Of a stretch of DNA of 64,000 nucleotides, positions 1 through 11,052 are shown one piece after another. Source of the stretch: an uncultured Spirochaetota bacterium (GTDB lineage Bacteria > Spirochaetota > Spirochaetia > SZUA-6 > Fen-1364); the NCBI GenBank assembly GCA_963781885.1, contig CAWAHW010000002.1, forward strand, positions 864,001 to 928,000, read 5' to 3'. The notes below the pieces were generated by a model. It was not told where the DNA came from and searched no databases. It saw only the letters and a program-made list of their open reading frames with translations. The position numbers and the translations under genes are program-made. Each line of letters begins with the position of its first letter. Position 1 is the first letter of the stretch.

Positions 1-237
1 AGCGTGGACCATCTGCGCGGCCTGAAGGAGAACGTGATCATCGGGCACCTGATCCCCGCGGGAACGGGTATGAAGAAGTACCGCGAGATCAAGCTGTACG
101 ACGAGAACATGGAAGACCTCGATATATCGGTGAACCGCATCATCGAGGAGAAGCGCAAGGAGCGGGAGCTGAAGGCGCTGATGGAAGCCGAGAAGGCGCA
201 GCTGCCCACCGCGGAATCGGTCCTGGCCGTCGACTAA
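1..237 (+). CDS. rpoC: RNA polymerase beta' subunit, C-terminal fragment (5' truncated by window)
   Basis: D[20 protein letters not shown] motif of the RpoC C-terminus; lies upstream of rpsL. Confidence 0.97.
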   Translation, partial: SVDHLRGLKENVIIGHLIPAGTGMKKYREIKLYDENMEDLDISVNRIIEEKRKERELKALMEAEKAQLPTAESVLAVD

Positions 238-242
238 GGCCG

Positions 243-305
243 GCCACCGTACCCGGTGGCATTTGGTAGGTCGTGGCTGGCAAATGCCACGGCGTACCGT
301 AGGCA
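243..305. repeat. Inverted doublet of AAAT-footed palindromic (REP-like) units
   Basis: GCCACCG-TACC-CGGTGGC-ATTT (243-264) and AAAT-GCCACGG-CGTA-CCGTAGGC (282-304) in opposite orientation; near-identical unit at 60682-60703. Confidence 0.75.
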
Positions 306-378
306 GGATGCCGAGGGCGAGCGAGTGCCTTCCGCTCCTGGCGGAGTTGGATGCACGGAAGCGAGCCCGTGGCCGGGG

Positions 379-407
379 TAGACACGACCGGGGCGGACGG
401 GTATAGT
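379..407 (+). promoter_or_regulatory. sigma70-type promoter (upstream of candidate small RNA / rpsL leader)
   Basis: TAGACA-N17-TATAGT. Confidence 0.6.
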
Positions 408-560
408 GACCTAGTTTCGGAGGCGGCGGACGATTCATCCGTCGCAGGACGGCGAACGGGTCAGCGTGGTCTCAAGCAGCCCCGGAATCGGGACGGGAAG
501 CGCGGCGCAAATGCGACGGCAACTGCGCGGCGCACCGCGCAAGGTGCCGTGGGCGGGGGG

Positions 561-589
561 TTGACTTTTTTTTGGCCGAAGAGTAGCGT
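561..589 (+). promoter_or_regulatory. sigma70-type promoter of str operon
   Basis: TTGACT-N17-TAGCGT about 70 nt upstream of rpsL. Confidence 0.5.
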
Positions 590-656
590 AGATATTCGCG
601 TGTCTCGGCTCGGGGACGCGGTACGCACAACGCAGGAAAGGTAGAAAGAACGGTTT

Positions 657-1031
657 ATGCCGACGATCAACCAGCTGGTGAGGATGGGGCGAAAGGCTAT
701 CCGGAAGAAGACGAAAGCCCCTGCGCTCCAGAATTGCCCCCAGAAAAGGGGGGTGTGCACACGGGTGATGACGGTCACGCCCAAGAAGCCGAACTCCGCG
801 CTCCGCAAGGTGGCGCGCGTGAGGCTGACGAATGGAATCGACGTCACCGCGTACATCCCCGGCATCGGCCATAACCTGCAGGAGCACTCGGTGGTGCTGA
901 TCAGGGGCGGCAGGGTGAAGGACCTCCCCGGCGTCCGCTATCATATCATCCGCGGCGCAAAGGATACCCTGGGCGTGGAAGACCGCAAGAAGGCCAGATC
1001 GAAGTACGGCACGAAGAGACCGAAGGCTTAG
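657..1031 (+). CDS. rpsL: 30S ribosomal protein S12
   Basis: [29 protein letters not shown]. Confidence 0.99.
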   Translation: MPTINQLVRMGRKAIRKKTKAPALQNCPQKRGVCTRVMTVTPKKPNSALRKVARVRLTNGIDVTAYIPGIGHNLQEHSVVLIRGGRVKDLPGVRYHIIRGAKDTLGVEDRKKARSKYGTKRPKA

Positions 1032-1051
1032 GAAAAGGAAGAGGAAGAGCG

Positions 1052-1525
1052 ATGCCGAGAGGGCAGCTGATACGCAAAAAAAGGATCCTTCTGGATCCGA
1101 AATACAAAAATCCCGTCATTGGGAAATTTGTCGCCCGCATGATGGAGCAGGGGAAGAAGAGCGTTTCCTACAGCAGCATTTACGGCGCGCTCGATATCAT
1201 CACGCAGAAGGTGGCCGGCAAGGACGCGGTCGAGGTTTTCCAGAAGGCGCTTGAAAACGTGAAGCCCCTGCTCGAGGTGAAGTCTCGCAGGGTGGGAGGG
1301 GCGACCCTCCAGGTTCCCGTGGAGATCCGCGAAGAGCGCCGTGATGCGCTGGCGATGCGGTGGATCATCGGCTTCTCGCGGAGCCGGCACGGCCGTTCGA
1401 TGGGTGAAAAGCTCGCGGCCGAGCTGATCGACGCTTACAATAATACGGGGTCTGCGATCAAGAAGAAGGAAGACACCCACAAGATGGCGGAGGCGAACAA
1501 GGCTTTTGCCCACTACCGCTGGTAA
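1052..1525 (+). CDS. rpsG: 30S ribosomal protein S7
   Basis: [25 protein letters not shown]. Confidence 0.99.
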   Translation: MPRGQLIRKKRILLDPKYKNPVIGKFVARMMEQGKKSVSYSSIYGALDIITQKVAGKDAVEVFQKALENVKPLLEVKSRRVGGATLQVPVEIREERRDALAMRWIIGFSRSRHGRSMGEKLAAELIDAYNNTGSAIKKKEDTHKMAEANKAFAHYRW

Positions 1526-1546
1526 GGCGGGCAGGGAGCTCTTCCG

Positions 1547-3635
1547 ATGGAATCGCGATTTCCCCTGGCGTCCATCCGCAATATCGGGATCATGGCCCAT
1601 ATTGACGCGGGGAAGACGACAACGACAGAACGCATCCTGTACTATACGGGCAGGACGCACAAGATCGGTGAAGTCCACGATGGCGAAGCCAAGATGGACT
1701 GGATGGAGTTGGAAAAGGAACGCGGCATCACCATTACGGCGGCCGCTACCTTCTGTGAATGGCGCGACGTGCAGGTGAATATCATCGACACGCCGGGACA
1801 CGTCGACTTTACAGTCGAAGTGGAACGTTCTTTGAGAGTATTGGACGGAGCAATCGGGGTCTTCTCGGCCGTGGAAGGCGTGGAGCCCCAGAGCGAAACC
1901 GTCTGGAAGCAGGCCAACCGCTACGGCGTTCCCCGCGTCGCGTTCATCAACAAGATGGACCGGGTCGGAGCGCGCTTCCCCGAGGTGGTGCAGGAAATGC
2001 ACGCGAAGCTTGGGGCCAACGCGGTGCCCATCCAGATACCCGATCGGGAACGAAATAGCGTTTTCCGGCATCGTGGATATCGTGCGGATGAGGGCGCTGA
2101 TCTGGGACGAAGACGTCCTGGGCGCGCAGTTCCGCGACGTCGAGATACCCGCGGAGCTCGCAAAGGAGTCTGCCGCGGCCCGGGCGCACCTGGTGGAAAA
2201 GATCGCCGAAACGGATGACGTCATCATGGCGGCCTACCTCGACGGCAAGGACGTCGACGTGGACGGCATGAAAGCGGCCATTCGCGCGGCAACGGTGCAG
2301 GGAAAGATCTACCCCGTCGTCTGCGGGTCCGCCTTCAAGAACAAGGGCATCCAGAGCCTCCTGGACGCGGTGGTGGATTACCTGCCGTCGCCGGCGGACA
2401 TCAAGCCGACAACGGGCACGGTTCCCAGCACGGGGGACTACATCCAGAGATCGCCGCGCGACGACGAGCCTTTTGCGGCGCTTGCCTTCAAGATCATGAC
2501 GGATCCGTTCGTGGGGAAGCTCACGTTCTTCCGCGTGTACTCGGGAACGCTCAGCTCGGGCTCGTACATCTACAACTCGACCGCGGACCGGCGGGAGAGG
2601 GTGACGCGGATATTGAGGATGCACGCCAACGAGCGGGAAGAGATCAAGGCCGTGTATCCCGGCGACATCGCCGCGGCCGTGGGGCTGAAGAAGACCACGA
2701 CGGGCGACACGCTGTGCGACGAGGAAAACCAGGTGATCCTGGAATCCATGGTCTTTCCCGACCCGGTTGTCTCCGTCTCCATCGAGCCGAAGACCAGGGA
2801 CGACGAGGAAAAGCTTTCCTCGGCCCTGCACAAGCTCTCGGAGGAGGACCCCACCTTCAAGGTGAAGTTCGACAAGGAGACCGGGCAAACGATCATTCGC
2901 GGCATGGGTGAACTGCACCTCGAGGTGCTCGTGGAACGGATGTTCCGCGAGTTCAACGTCGCGGCGAACGTCGGGCGGCCCGAGGTTGCCTACCGGGAAA
3001 CCATCCGGGGCAGCTCCGAGGCGGAAGGCAAGTTCATCAAGCAGACCGGCGGGCACGGCGCCTACGGTCACGTGATCATGGCCTTCGAGCCTCTTCCCGC
3101 GGGAACGGGTTTCGTCTTTGAGAACAGGGTCGTCGGCGGCCGCGTGCCGCGGGAATACATCCCCGCGGTGGAGAAGGGGATACGCGAAGCCATGGAAAAC
3201 GGCGTTCTGGCCGGTTACCCCATGGTGGATTTCCGCGCAGCCCTGCTGGACGGGTCCTCGCACGACGTGGACTCCAGCGAAATGGCCTTCAAGGTCGCGG
3301 CATCGATGGCATACAAGTCGGGCTTAGCTAAAGCCAAACCGACTATCCTTGAACCGATCATGGCGGTGGAGTGCGCAACTCCCGAAGAGCATCTTGGAGA
3401 CGTGATCTCCGATTTCGGGGCGCGCATGGGCCACGTCGAGGGAATAGAAGATCGGCCTGGGAGTAAGGTGGTGAAAGCGCTCGTACCCCTGCGTTCCATG
3501 TTCGGGTACGTCACGTCGATACGCTCCATGACGAAGGGGCGTGCGTCGCACACCATGCAATTCTCCCATTACCAGGAAACCCCTCGATCGATTCAGGAAG
3601 AGCTCGTCGAGAAGACGCGCGGCCAGAAGCGATAG
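1547..3635 (+). CDS. fusA: Elongation factor G (split by a +1 frameshift at ~2040, probably a sequencing error)
   Basis: [26 protein letters not shown] in ORF 1547-2218 continue as PIG...GMGELHLE...DSSEMAF in ORF 2010-3635; extra C in ATACCCGATC. Confidence 0.95.
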
Positions 3636-3737
3636 CTCCCCCGCGCGGTGCCGACAGGCGTGCCGGGGCGCGCGAGGTTTCGCGGCGCGGCGGCCGGTGC
3701 CGCCCCGACCGGGGGTGAACGCGGATATTCGGAAAAA

Positions 3738-3823
3738 GTCGCAGGGAAGCGACCGGACTTTTGTCGCCTTTGAGCGACTGATGAATGTCGCCAGGAGCGA
3801 CCGAAAATGTCGCCAGGGGCGAC
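3738..3823. repeat. Four tandem GTCGC-N5/6-GCGAC hairpins upstream of tuf RBS
   Basis: Units start at 3738, 3763, 3787, 3809; last two preceded by GAAT/AAAT; another copy at 10043-10057. Confidence 0.75.
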
Positions 3824-3840
3824 AGAGAAGGAGGAGATTT

Positions 3841-5034
3841 ATGGCGAAGGAGAAATTTGTCAGGTCCAAGCCTCACATCAACGTGGGCACGATCGGTCAC
3901 ATCGATCACGGCAAAACCACGCTCACGGCAGCCATCACCATGTACTGCGCGAAGAAGTACGGTGACAAGCTGATGAAGTACGAGGACATCGACAATGCTC
4001 CCGAGGAGAAGGCGCGCGGCATCACCATCAACACGCGACACGTCGAGTACCAGTCCGAAAAGCGCCATTACGCCCACATCGACTGCCCGGGACACGCGGA
4101 CTACATCAAGAACATGATCACCGGCGCAGCGCAGATGGACGGCGCGATCCTCGTCGTCTCCGCCCCCAACTCCGTCATGCCCCAGACCCGCGAGCACATC
4201 CTTCTTGCCCGCCAGGTCGGCGTGCCCGCCATCGTCGTATTCATGAACAAGGTCGACATGGTGGACGACAAGGAGCTCATCGAGCTGGTCGAGGTGGAAA
4301 TCCGCGACGTGCTGAAGTTCTACCAGTTCCCCGGCGACACGATCCCCATCGTGAAAGGCTCCGCGCTGAAGGCCATGGAGCATCCCGAGGTTCCTGAGAA
4401 TGCCGCGTGCATCGAAGAGCTTCTCACCACCATGGACACCTACTTCCAGGTTCCTCCGCGGCCCGTGGACAAGCCCTTCCTGATGCCCATCGAGGACGTA
4501 TTCTCCATCTCCGGTCGTGGCACCGTCGTGACGGGCCGCGTCGCCACCGGCGTTATCCACGTCGGGGATGAGGCGGAGATAGTCGGCATCAAGGATACGC
4601 GCAAGACTGTCGTGACGGGTGTTGAAATGTTCAACAAGCTGCTGGACGAAGGTCAGGCGGGTGACAATATCGGGACCCTGCTGCGCGGCATTGAAAAGGA
4701 CGACGTCGAGCGCGGGCAGGTCCTTGCCAAGCCGGGCTCCATCACCCCGCACAAGAAGTTCAAGTGCACCGTCGTGGCGCTCACGAAGGAAGAGGGCGGG
4801 AGGCACTCGCCATTCTTCACGGGCTACCGGCCGCAATTCTACTTCCGCACAACGGACGTCACCGCGTCGGTGACCCTGCCGGAAGGCAAGCAGATGGTCA
4901 TGCCCGGCGACCACATCACGGACCTCCAGGTCGAGCTGATCTACCCCATCGCAATGGACAAGGGGCTGCAGTTCGCCATCCGCGAGGGCGGCAAGACCGT
5001 CGGGGCGGGTCAGGTTACGGAAATCATCGAATAG
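3841..5034 (+). CDS. tuf: Elongation factor Tu
   Basis: [39 protein letters not shown]; AAGGAGGAG RBS. Confidence 0.99.
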   Translation: MAKEKFVRSKPHINVGTIGHIDHGKTTLTAAITMYCAKKYGDKLMKYEDIDNAPEEKARGITINTRHVEYQSEKRHYAHIDCPGHADYIKNMITGAAQMDGAILVVSAPNSVMPQTREHILLARQVGVPAIVVFMNKVDMVDDKELIELVEVEIRDVLKFYQFPGDTIPIVKGSALKAMEHPEVPENAACIEELLTTMDTYFQVPPRPVDKPFLMPIEDVFSISGRGTVVTGRVATGVIHVGDEAEIVGIKDTRKTVVTGVEMFNKLLDEGQAGDNIGTLLRGIEKDDVERGQVLAKPGSITPHKKFKCTVVALTKEEGGRHSPFFTGYRPQFYFRTTDVTASVTLPEGKQMVMPGDHITDLQVELIYPIAMDKGLQFAIREGGKTVGAGQVTEIIE

Positions 5035-5098
5035 GACGCCGCGGCGCGCGCCGGCGCGGGCAACGCGCCGGCATTTCCAGAGGAGCATGAGGTAAGAG

Positions 5099-5407
5099 AT
5101 GGCCAGGGAAAGGATTCGAGTGCGCTTGCGGGGATTCGACATCGAGCTGATCGACCAGAGCGCGAAATCCATTGTGCAGACGGTTCTCAAGGCGGGTTCC
5201 CAGGTTTCGGGCCCGATCCCGCTGCCGATGAGGATCAACAAGTTCACCGTGCTGCGCTCGCCGCACGTGCACAAGAAGTCGAGGGAGCAGTTCGAGATGC
5301 GGACCCACAAGCGTCTCATCGACATCCTCGAGCCCACCCCGGCCGTGATGGACGCCCTCATGCGGCTGGAGCTCCCGGCCGGCGTGGACGTCGAAATCAA
5401 GCAATGA
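5099..5407 (+). CDS. rpsJ: 30S ribosomal protein S10
   Basis: [26 protein letters not shown]. Confidence 0.99.
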   Translation: MARERIRVRLRGFDIELIDQSAKSIVQTVLKAGSQVSGPIPLPMRINKFTVLRSPHVHKKSREQFEMRTHKRLIDILEPTPAVMDALMRLELPAGVDVEIKQ

Positions 5408-5451
5408 GCGACGCGGGGTACCGCATCGCAAATGACGCGGGGTACCGCGTC
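5408..5451. repeat. Tandem pair of GACGCGG-GGTA-CCGC palindromic units between rpsJ and rplC
   Basis: Direct repeat GACGCGGGGTACCGC at 5410 and 5434; second copy has the AAAT foot. Confidence 0.75.
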
Positions 5452-5463
5452 GAGAGGCAGGCA

Positions 5464-6081
5464 ATGCTCGCTTTAATCGGCAGGAAGATCGGCATGACCC
5501 AGCTGTGGAACGACGAGGGGACGCTTGTGCCCGTGAGCGTCATCAAAGTCGAGCCGAATGTCGTCGTGCGGGAGCGCACGCAGGACAAGCACGGGTACAG
5601 CGCCATGGTGCTCGGTGCGGACGCGCTGAAGAAGTCGCGCGTGCGCAAGCCTTTCGCCGGGCAGTTCCCGAAAGGGACCGACCCCACCCGCTACCTGCTG
5701 GAGTTCAAGGACTTCGAGCGGGAATGCAAGGTCGGCGATTCTCTGGGCGTGGAGATATTCGAAGGGGTGAGCTTCGTGGACGTGCGGGGCACGACGAAGG
5801 GCCGCGGCTTCCAGGGCGTCGTGAAGCGACACGGCTTCCAGGGCGGTCCCGGCGCACACGGATCGAAGTTCCATCGGGAGATGGGCTCGGTCGGCACGGG
5901 TGCCTTCCGCAAGATCGTCAAGGGCTCGAAGATGCCCGGTCGCATGGGCAACGAGCGCCTGACGGTCCAGAACCTGCGCCTGTTCCGCGTGGACAAGGAC
6001 AAGGGGCTCCTCCTCATCAACGGGGCGGTGCCGGGCAGGCGTGGCGGCATGGTCGTCGTGCTCAAAGCGAAGAAGAAATAG
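5464..6081 (+). CDS. rplC: 50S ribosomal protein L3
   Basis: [29 protein letters not shown]. Confidence 0.98.
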   Translation: MLALIGRKIGMTQLWNDEGTLVPVSVIKVEPNVVVRERTQDKHGYSAMVLGADALKKSRVRKPFAGQFPKGTDPTRYLLEFKDFERECKVGDSLGVEIFEGVSFVDVRGTTKGRGFQGVVKRHGFQGGPGAHGSKFHREMGSVGTGAFRKIVKGSKMPGRMGNERLTVQNLRLFRVDKDKGLLLINGAVPGRRGGMVVVLKAKKK

Positions 6082-6091
6082 GGCGGGGACC

Positions 6092-6730
6092 ATGAAAACG
6101 CAGGTCTATGGAATGGATGGAAAGGCGATGCGGGAGATCGAGCTCGCGGACGACGTGTTCGGCCGCGAGGTGAGCGAAGGCTCGATCTACCACGCCATCA
6201 GGAACGAGCTGGCGAACAAGCGGCTGGGCACGGCGAAGATCAAGGACCGCGGGGAAGTGCACAGCAGCAACAAGAAACCCTGGAAGCAGAAGGGCACCGG
6301 CCGTGCGCGCTCGGGTCAGAGGAGCTCCCCTGTCTGGGTGGGCGGCGGAAAGATATTCGGACCGCGCCAGCGCGACTACAGCTATACACTGCCGCGCAAG
6401 GTGAAGAGGCTCGCCCTCATCTCCCTCCTCTCCCTCAAGGCGAAGGAAGACAGGCTGCGCGTCGTCATCGACTTCACGGTGGAGAGCGGCAAGACGAAGG
6501 ACCTCGTCACCCTGCTTGCAAATCTCGCGGCGCACGAGCGCACGGTGATCATCCTCAAGGATGACGATTCCATGGTGCGCCGAGCCGGCCGGAACGTTCC
6601 CTGGCTGAGCCTCCTCAGCTTCAACAGGCTCCAGGCGCACGATCTTTTCTACTGCCAAAAGCTCCTGGTCCTCGAAACCGCGGCCACGAAGTTGAACGAG
6701 TTCTACGGCAACGGGGGGACAACGGCATGA
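6092..6730 (+). CDS. rplD: 50S ribosomal protein L4
   Basis: KKPWKQKGTGRAR, GGGKIFGP. Confidence 0.98.
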   Translation: MKTQVYGMDGKAMREIELADDVFGREVSEGSIYHAIRNELANKRLGTAKIKDRGEVHSSNKKPWKQKGTGRARSGQRSSPVWVGGGKIFGPRQRDYSYTLPRKVKRLALISLLSLKAKEDRLRVVIDFTVESGKTKDLVTLLANLAAHERTVIILKDDDSMVRRAGRNVPWLSLLSFNRLQAHDLFYCQKLLVLETAATKLNEFYGNGGTTA

Positions 6731-7011
6731 CCATCGAAAGGATCATCATCGAGCCGGTGGTCACCGAAAAGACGAACGTCATGCGGGAATCGCACAAGTA
6801 CGTCTTCAAGGTCGACAGCCGGGCCAACAAATACCAGATCATGGACGCCGTGCGGAAGCTCTACAACGTGCATCCGCTGAAGTGCAACGTGCTGCGCACT
6901 TCGACAAAGCCCAAGAGGGTGCGCTACCGGCTGGGGTGGACCGCGTCCTGGAAGAAGGCGATCATCACGATCGCCCCGGAAGAAAAGATCGCCATCTTCG
7001 AAGGCGTGTAG
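6727..7011 (+). CDS. rplW: 50S ribosomal protein L23
   Basis: PVVTEK, WKKAIIT; operon position. Confidence 0.97.
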   Translation: MTIERIIIEPVVTEKTNVMRESHKYVFKVDSRANKYQIMDAVRKLYNVHPLKCNVLRTSTKPKRVRYRLGWTASWKKAIITIAPEEKIAIFEGV

Positions 7012-7029
7012 GAAGAGCGAGGAAGCATC

Positions 7030-7854
7030 ATGCCAATCAAGAAATACAGACCGCTCACTCCGTCGCTTCGTTTCAAGACGAGCCTCACCTTCGACGAGGT
7101 CACGAAGACGCATCCGGAGAAGGCCCTCACGAAGGGCAAAAACAAGCACGCGGGGCGCGGCGCCGGCGGCAGGATCAGCGTCCGCCGCAAGGGCGGCGGC
7201 CACAAGCGCTCCTATCGGCAGATCGATTTCCGCCGCGACAAGATCGGCATCCCGTGCCGGGTGAGCGCCATCGAGTACGATCCGAACCGCAGCTCCCTCA
7301 TCGCACTGGTCGTCTACAAGGACGGAGAGAAGCGCTACATCCTGGCCCCCGAGGGGCTGAAGGTGGGAACCACGCTGGTGAGCGGGCCCGACGCGGCATT
7401 CGAGCCGGGCAATGCGCTGCCCCTTGCCAAGATTCCGCTCGGCATCCAGATCCACAATATCGAGCTCACGCTCGGCAGGGGCGGCCAGATGGCGCGCTCC
7501 GCGGGCACCAGCGCGACGGTCGTGGCCAAGGAAGGGCTGTACGTCACCCTGCGGCTCCCCTCGGGGGAGATGCGCCTGGTGAACGGCCGCTGCTACGCCA
7601 CCATTGGCGAGCTGGGCAACAAGGACCACATGAACGTATCCCTCGGCAAGGCGGGCCGCAGCCGGTGGCTCGGACGCAGGCCGAAGGTGCGCGGCACCGC
7701 GATGAATCCGGTCGATCACCCGCACGGCGGCGGCGAGGGAAAGACCAAGGGCGGACGGCATCCCGTGACGCCCTGGGGCCAGCCCACGAAGGGCTACAAG
7801 ACGCGCAAGAAGCGCAACACGACCAGCCGTTTCATCGTGAAGAGAAGGAAATAG
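7030..7854 (+). CDS. rplB: 50S ribosomal protein L2
   Basis: [22 protein letters not shown]. Confidence 0.99.
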   Translation: MPIKKYRPLTPSLRFKTSLTFDEVTKTHPEKALTKGKNKHAGRGAGGRISVRRKGGGHKRSYRQIDFRRDKIGIPCRVSAIEYDPNRSSLIALVVYKDGEKRYILAPEGLKVGTTLVSGPDAAFEPGNALPLAKIPLGIQIHNIELTLGRGGQMARSAGTSATVVAKEGLYVTLRLPSGEMRLVNGRCYATIGELGNKDHMNVSLGKAGRSRWLGRRPKVRGTAMNPVDHPHGGGEGKTKGGRHPVTPWGQPTKGYKTRKKRNTTSRFIVKRRK

Positions 7855-7866
7855 GGGGGACCGGGC

Positions 7867-8148
7867 GTGTCACGATCGATCAAGAAGGGACCGTTCATCG
7901 CCAAGAGCCTGTACAAGCAGGTCACCGACATGAACAAAAGCGGCGAGAAACGCATGGTGAAGACCTACTCGCGAACCTCCACGATCATCCCCGAGATGGT
8001 CGGCTACACGATCTCCGTCTACAACGGCAAGACCTGGGTGCCCGTGTACGTGACGGAGAACCTCGTCGGCCACAAGCTCGGCGAGTTTTCCCCCACCCGC
8101 ATGTTCCGGGGGCACTCGGGCTCCGACAAGAAGGTGGTGAAGAAATGA
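7867..8148 (+). CDS. rpsS: 30S ribosomal protein S19
   Basis: [21 protein letters not shown]; GTG start. Confidence 0.99.
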   Translation: MSRSIKKGPFIAKSLYKQVTDMNKSGEKRMVKTYSRTSTIIPEMVGYTISVYNGKTWVPVYVTENLVGHKLGEFSPTRMFRGHSGSDKKVVKK

Positions 8149-8669
8149 GCGACGCACCCGGAAATGCGCGGGGTACCGCGCCGGCAGGAAATGCGCGGGG
8201 TACCGCGCCGGCAGCCAGGAAGCCGGCCGCGGCAGGCGCGGCGCGCGAACCGGGCAGCAAGCCGGTGAAGAAGGAGCGGCCGCCGCGGAAGATCACCACG
8301 GGCTACCGTGCCAATGTGCCCTTCCAGCGGGTGTCGGCGACGAAGGTACGCCGCATCGCCGACAATGTCCGGCGCAAGCCGTACGTGGAGGCCATCGCCC
8401 TCCTGGACGTGCTCCCGCACAAAGGCGCGCGCCTTCTGCGGAAGCTCATCCAGTCCGCCGCGGCAAACGCGCTGGCGCAGAACAAGAACCTGGACGAGAA
8501 CATGCTCTACGTGAAGGAGCTGCTGGTCGACGTCGGCCCGACCATGAAGAGGATGTGGGCGCGCGGCCGCGGCCGCGCAGACCGCCTGCTGAAGAGGTCG
8601 TGCCACATTTCCGTGGTCGTCGACGAGATCGGTGCAAAAGAAGGGGTGGGGAATGGGTCAAAAGGTTAA
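8145..8669 (+). CDS. rplV: 50S ribosomal protein L22 with ~50 aa N-terminal extension
   Basis: [28 protein letters not shown]; ATG overlaps rpsS stop (ATGA). Confidence 0.95.
   Translation: MSDAPGNARGTAPAGNARGTAPAARKPAAAGAAREPGSKPVKKERPPRKITTGYRANVPFQRVSATKVRRIADNVRRKPYVEAIALLDVLPHKGARLLRKLIQSAAANALAQNKNLDENMLYVKELLVDVGPTMKRMWARGRGRADRLLKRSCHISVVVDEIGAKEGVGNGSKG
8160..8213 (+). repeat. Perfect 2x27-nt tandem repeat (palindromic unit) inside rplV
   Basis: GGAAATGCGCGGGGTACCGCGCCGGCA twice, encoding GNARGTAPA x2. Confidence 0.95.
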
Positions 8670-9414
8670 CCCGATAGGGCTGCGGCTGGGGATCAACAAG
8701 ACCTGGTCGTCGCGCTGGTTCGTGGATCCCAAGCTCTACGCGGCGACCCTCCATGAGGACCTGCGTCTGCGCAAGACCATCCTCGACGCGGAGGAGACCA
8801 AGGGCGCCGACATCGCGGAAGTGGAGATCATCCGCCATCCGCAGCGCGTGACGGTCATCATCCATACCGGCCGGCCGGGCGTGCTCATCGGCGCCAAGGG
8901 CGCGAACATCGAGAAGCTCGGCGGCAAGCTGCAGAAGAGCATCGGCAAGAAGATCCAGCTCCGCATCAAGGAGATCAAGCGCCCCGAAACGAACGCGAAG
9001 CTCGTCGCGGAAAACATCGCGCGCCAGATCAAGGCTCGCGCCTCCTACCGCCGCGCCTGCAAGATGGCGATCCTCAATTCGATGAAGACCGGCGTGCAGG
9101 GCATCAAGGTAAAGATTGCGGGACGTCTCTCGGGCGCGGAAATGGCCCGCCGCGAGGAGTTCAAGGAAGGGCGCATCCCGCTGCATACCTTCCGCGCGGA
9201 CATCGACTATGGAACGGCGACCGCCATCACGACATTCGGCTGCGTCGGCATCAAGGTGTGGATATTCAACGGCGAGGTCTACGGCCAGGCCAAGAAGGAC
9301 GACGCGGGTCTGCTCGTACGCCGCGGCCGCGAGGGCCGTGACGATCGTGACGGCCGCGACAGCCGGGATAGCCGCGACGGGCGTGACCGCGGCCGCGACA
9401 GAGTGCAGGAGTAG
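8653..9414 (+). CDS. rpsC: 30S ribosomal protein S3 (RD-rich C-terminal tail)
   Basis: [20 protein letters not shown]. Confidence 0.99.
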   Translation: MGQKVNPIGLRLGINKTWSSRWFVDPKLYAATLHEDLRLRKTILDAEETKGADIAEVEIIRHPQRVTVIIHTGRPGVLIGAKGANIEKLGGKLQKSIGKKIQLRIKEIKRPETNAKLVAENIARQIKARASYRRACKMAILNSMKTGVQGIKVKIAGRLSGAEMARREEFKEGRIPLHTFRADIDYGTATAITTFGCVGIKVWIFNGEVYGQAKKDDAGLLVRRGREGRDDRDGRDSRDSRDGRDRGRDRVQE

Positions 9415-9419
9415 CGAGC

Positions 9420-9836
9420 ATGCTGAGCCCCAAAAGGACGAAATACCGCAAGCAGCAGCGCGGGAAGATGAAGGGCAGGGCGACCCGCTGCACGGAGATC
9501 TCCTTCGGCGACTTCGGTCTTGTCGCGCTGGAGAGGGAATGGATCACGAACCGCCAGATCGAGGCCTGCCGCATCGCCATCACGCGCCACGTGAAGCGCG
9601 GCGGCAAGGTGTGGATCCGGATCTTCCCGGACAAGCCCTTCACGAAGAAGCCGGCGGAAACCCGCATGGGCAAGGGCAAGGGAGCCCCCGAGTACTGGGT
9701 GGCGCCCGTGAAGCCGGGCACCGTGATGTTCGAGCTGGGCGGCGTCGACAGGGCCATGGCGGAAGAGGCCATGAAGCGAGCCGGCAGCAAGCTGCCGATC
9801 AAGACCAAATTCCTGGTCCGCGCGAGCGTGGAGTAG
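9420..9836 (+). CDS. rplP: 50S ribosomal protein L16
   Basis: [20 protein letters not shown]. Confidence 0.99.
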   Translation: MLSPKRTKYRKQQRGKMKGRATRCTEISFGDFGLVALEREWITNRQIEACRIAITRHVKRGGKVWIRIFPDKPFTKKPAETRMGKGKGAPEYWVAPVKPGTVMFELGGVDRAMAEEAMKRAGSKLPIKTKFLVRASVE

Positions 9837-9839
9837 CAT

Positions 9840-10040
9840 ATGAAGGACTCGTTCAAGGAGCTCACGTATCCCGAGCTGCTCGCGAAGCGCGAGGAGCTGA
9901 AGAAGCAGTATGGCGACATCTGCGCGAACATGATCATCGGCCACGTGGACAACCCGCTCTCCAAGCGGACCGCGCGGCGGAAACTCGCCCGGGTGACTGG
10001 CGTCATCCGCGAGTTCGAGCTGGGAATCAGGAAGCGGTAG
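9840..10040 (+). CDS. rpmC: 50S ribosomal protein L29
   Basis: 66 aa, NP..RR..AR pattern, between rplP and rpsQ. Confidence 0.93.
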   Translation: MKDSFKELTYPELLAKREELKKQYGDICANMIIGHVDNPLSKRTARRKLARVTGVIREFELGIRKR

Positions 10041-10071
10041 AGGTCGCCGGGAGCGACTGAGGAGACGGCAC

Positions 10072-10335
10072 GTGGAAGAACAGGCGAGAAAGACGAAAAA
10101 GGTCCTCCAGGGCCGGGTGGTGAGCAACAAGATGCAGAAGACGATCGTCGTGGAGATCGTCCAGCGCAAGCTTCACACCCTCTATAAGAAGTACCTGATG
10201 CGCACGAAGAAGATCAAGGCGCACGACGAGAAGAACGAATGCGGCATCGGCGACACGGTGCGCGTGGTGGAATCGCGGCCGCTCAGCAAGGAGAAGCGCT
10301 GGCGGCTCCTGGAGATCGTCGAGAAGGCGAAGTAG
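10072..10335 (+). CDS. rpsQ: 30S ribosomal protein S17
   Basis: [22 protein letters not shown]. Confidence 0.98.
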   Translation: MEEQARKTKKVLQGRVVSNKMQKTIVVEIVQRKLHTLYKKYLMRTKKIKAHDEKNECGIGDTVRVVESRPLSKEKRWRLLEIVEKAK

Positions 10336-10349
10336 GTGAGGGTGCCGGC

Positions 10350-10718
10350 ATGATACAGATGAAAACGCTTCTCAACGTTGCGGATAACAGCGGGGCGAAG
10401 CAGGTCCAGTGCATCAAGGTCCTCGGCGGGACGCGCCGCAAGTACGCGCACATCGGCGACATCATCGTCGTCGCGGTGAAGGACGCGCTGCCGAACGCCG
10501 CCATCAAGAAGGGCGGCATCGAAAAGGCCGTCGTCGTGCGGACGCGCAAGGAGTTCCACCGCCCCGACGGCACGTTCATCCGTTTCGACGACAACGCCTG
10601 TGTCGTCATCGACGCCAACAACAACCCCAAGGGCAAGCGCATCTTCGGGCCGGTGGCGCGGGAGCTGCGGGAGAAGGACTTCATGAAGATCGTCTCCCTC
10701 GCTCCGGAAGTGCTGTAG
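10350..10718 (+). CDS. rplN: 50S ribosomal protein L14
   Basis: [26 protein letters not shown]. Confidence 0.99.
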   Translation: MIQMKTLLNVADNSGAKQVQCIKVLGGTRRKYAHIGDIIVVAVKDALPNAAIKKGGIEKAVVVRTRKEFHRPDGTFIRFDDNACVVIDANNNPKGKRIFGPVARELREKDFMKIVSLAPEVL

Positions 10719-10722
10719 GAGG

Positions 10723-11052
10723 ATGCCGGACATGGCCACTGCGGGAAGGATCAAGCTGCGGAAGAACGACACCGTGAAGGTGATCGCCGGGCGTGAAAAG
10801 GGCAAGACGGGCCGCATCGTGAGCATCGAGCGTGAAAAGATGCGGGCGGTCGTGGAAGGCCTCAACATGGTGAAGAAGGCCGTCAAGCAGAAGAAGCAGA
10901 ACCAGAAGGCCGGCATCACGTCGGTGGAGGCGCCGCTTCCGGTCGGCAAGCTCATGATCGTGTGCAAGAAATGCGGGCCCACGCGGATCGGCTACGTCAT
11001 CGACGGGGAGACCAAGAAGCGGGTGTGCCGCAAGTGCGGAGGGGACCTGTGA
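10723..11052 (+). CDS. rplX: 50S ribosomal protein L24 (alternative start 10732)
   Basis: KOW motif [15 protein letters not shown]; C-terminal CKKC...CRKC. Confidence 0.97.
   Translation: MPDMATAGRIKLRKNDTVKVIAGREKGKTGRIVSIEREKMRAVVEGLNMVKKAVKQKKQNQKAGITSVEAPLPVGKLMIVCKKCGPTRIGYVIDGETKKRVCRKCGGDL

Noticed and set aside
414-490. tRNA (including tRNA-Sec) in the rpoC-rpsL gap
   Set aside because: No T-loop GTTCRA, no cloverleaf and no CCA end; kept only as an sRNA candidate.
2030-2050. Programmed frameshift in fusA
   Set aside because: No slippery heptamer or SD-stimulated site; a single extra C fits the window-wide indel pattern.
3511-5400. 629-aa ORF antisense to tuf/rpsJ, and similar long antisense ORFs over secY, ymdB and the ABC binding protein
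   Set aside because: Stop-poor reverse frames of strongly biased genes; no protein motifs.
6882-8144. Apparent 595-aa L22 fusion ORF
   Set aside because: The upstream part is an alternate frame over rplW/rplB/rpsS; L22 most plausibly starts at 8145.
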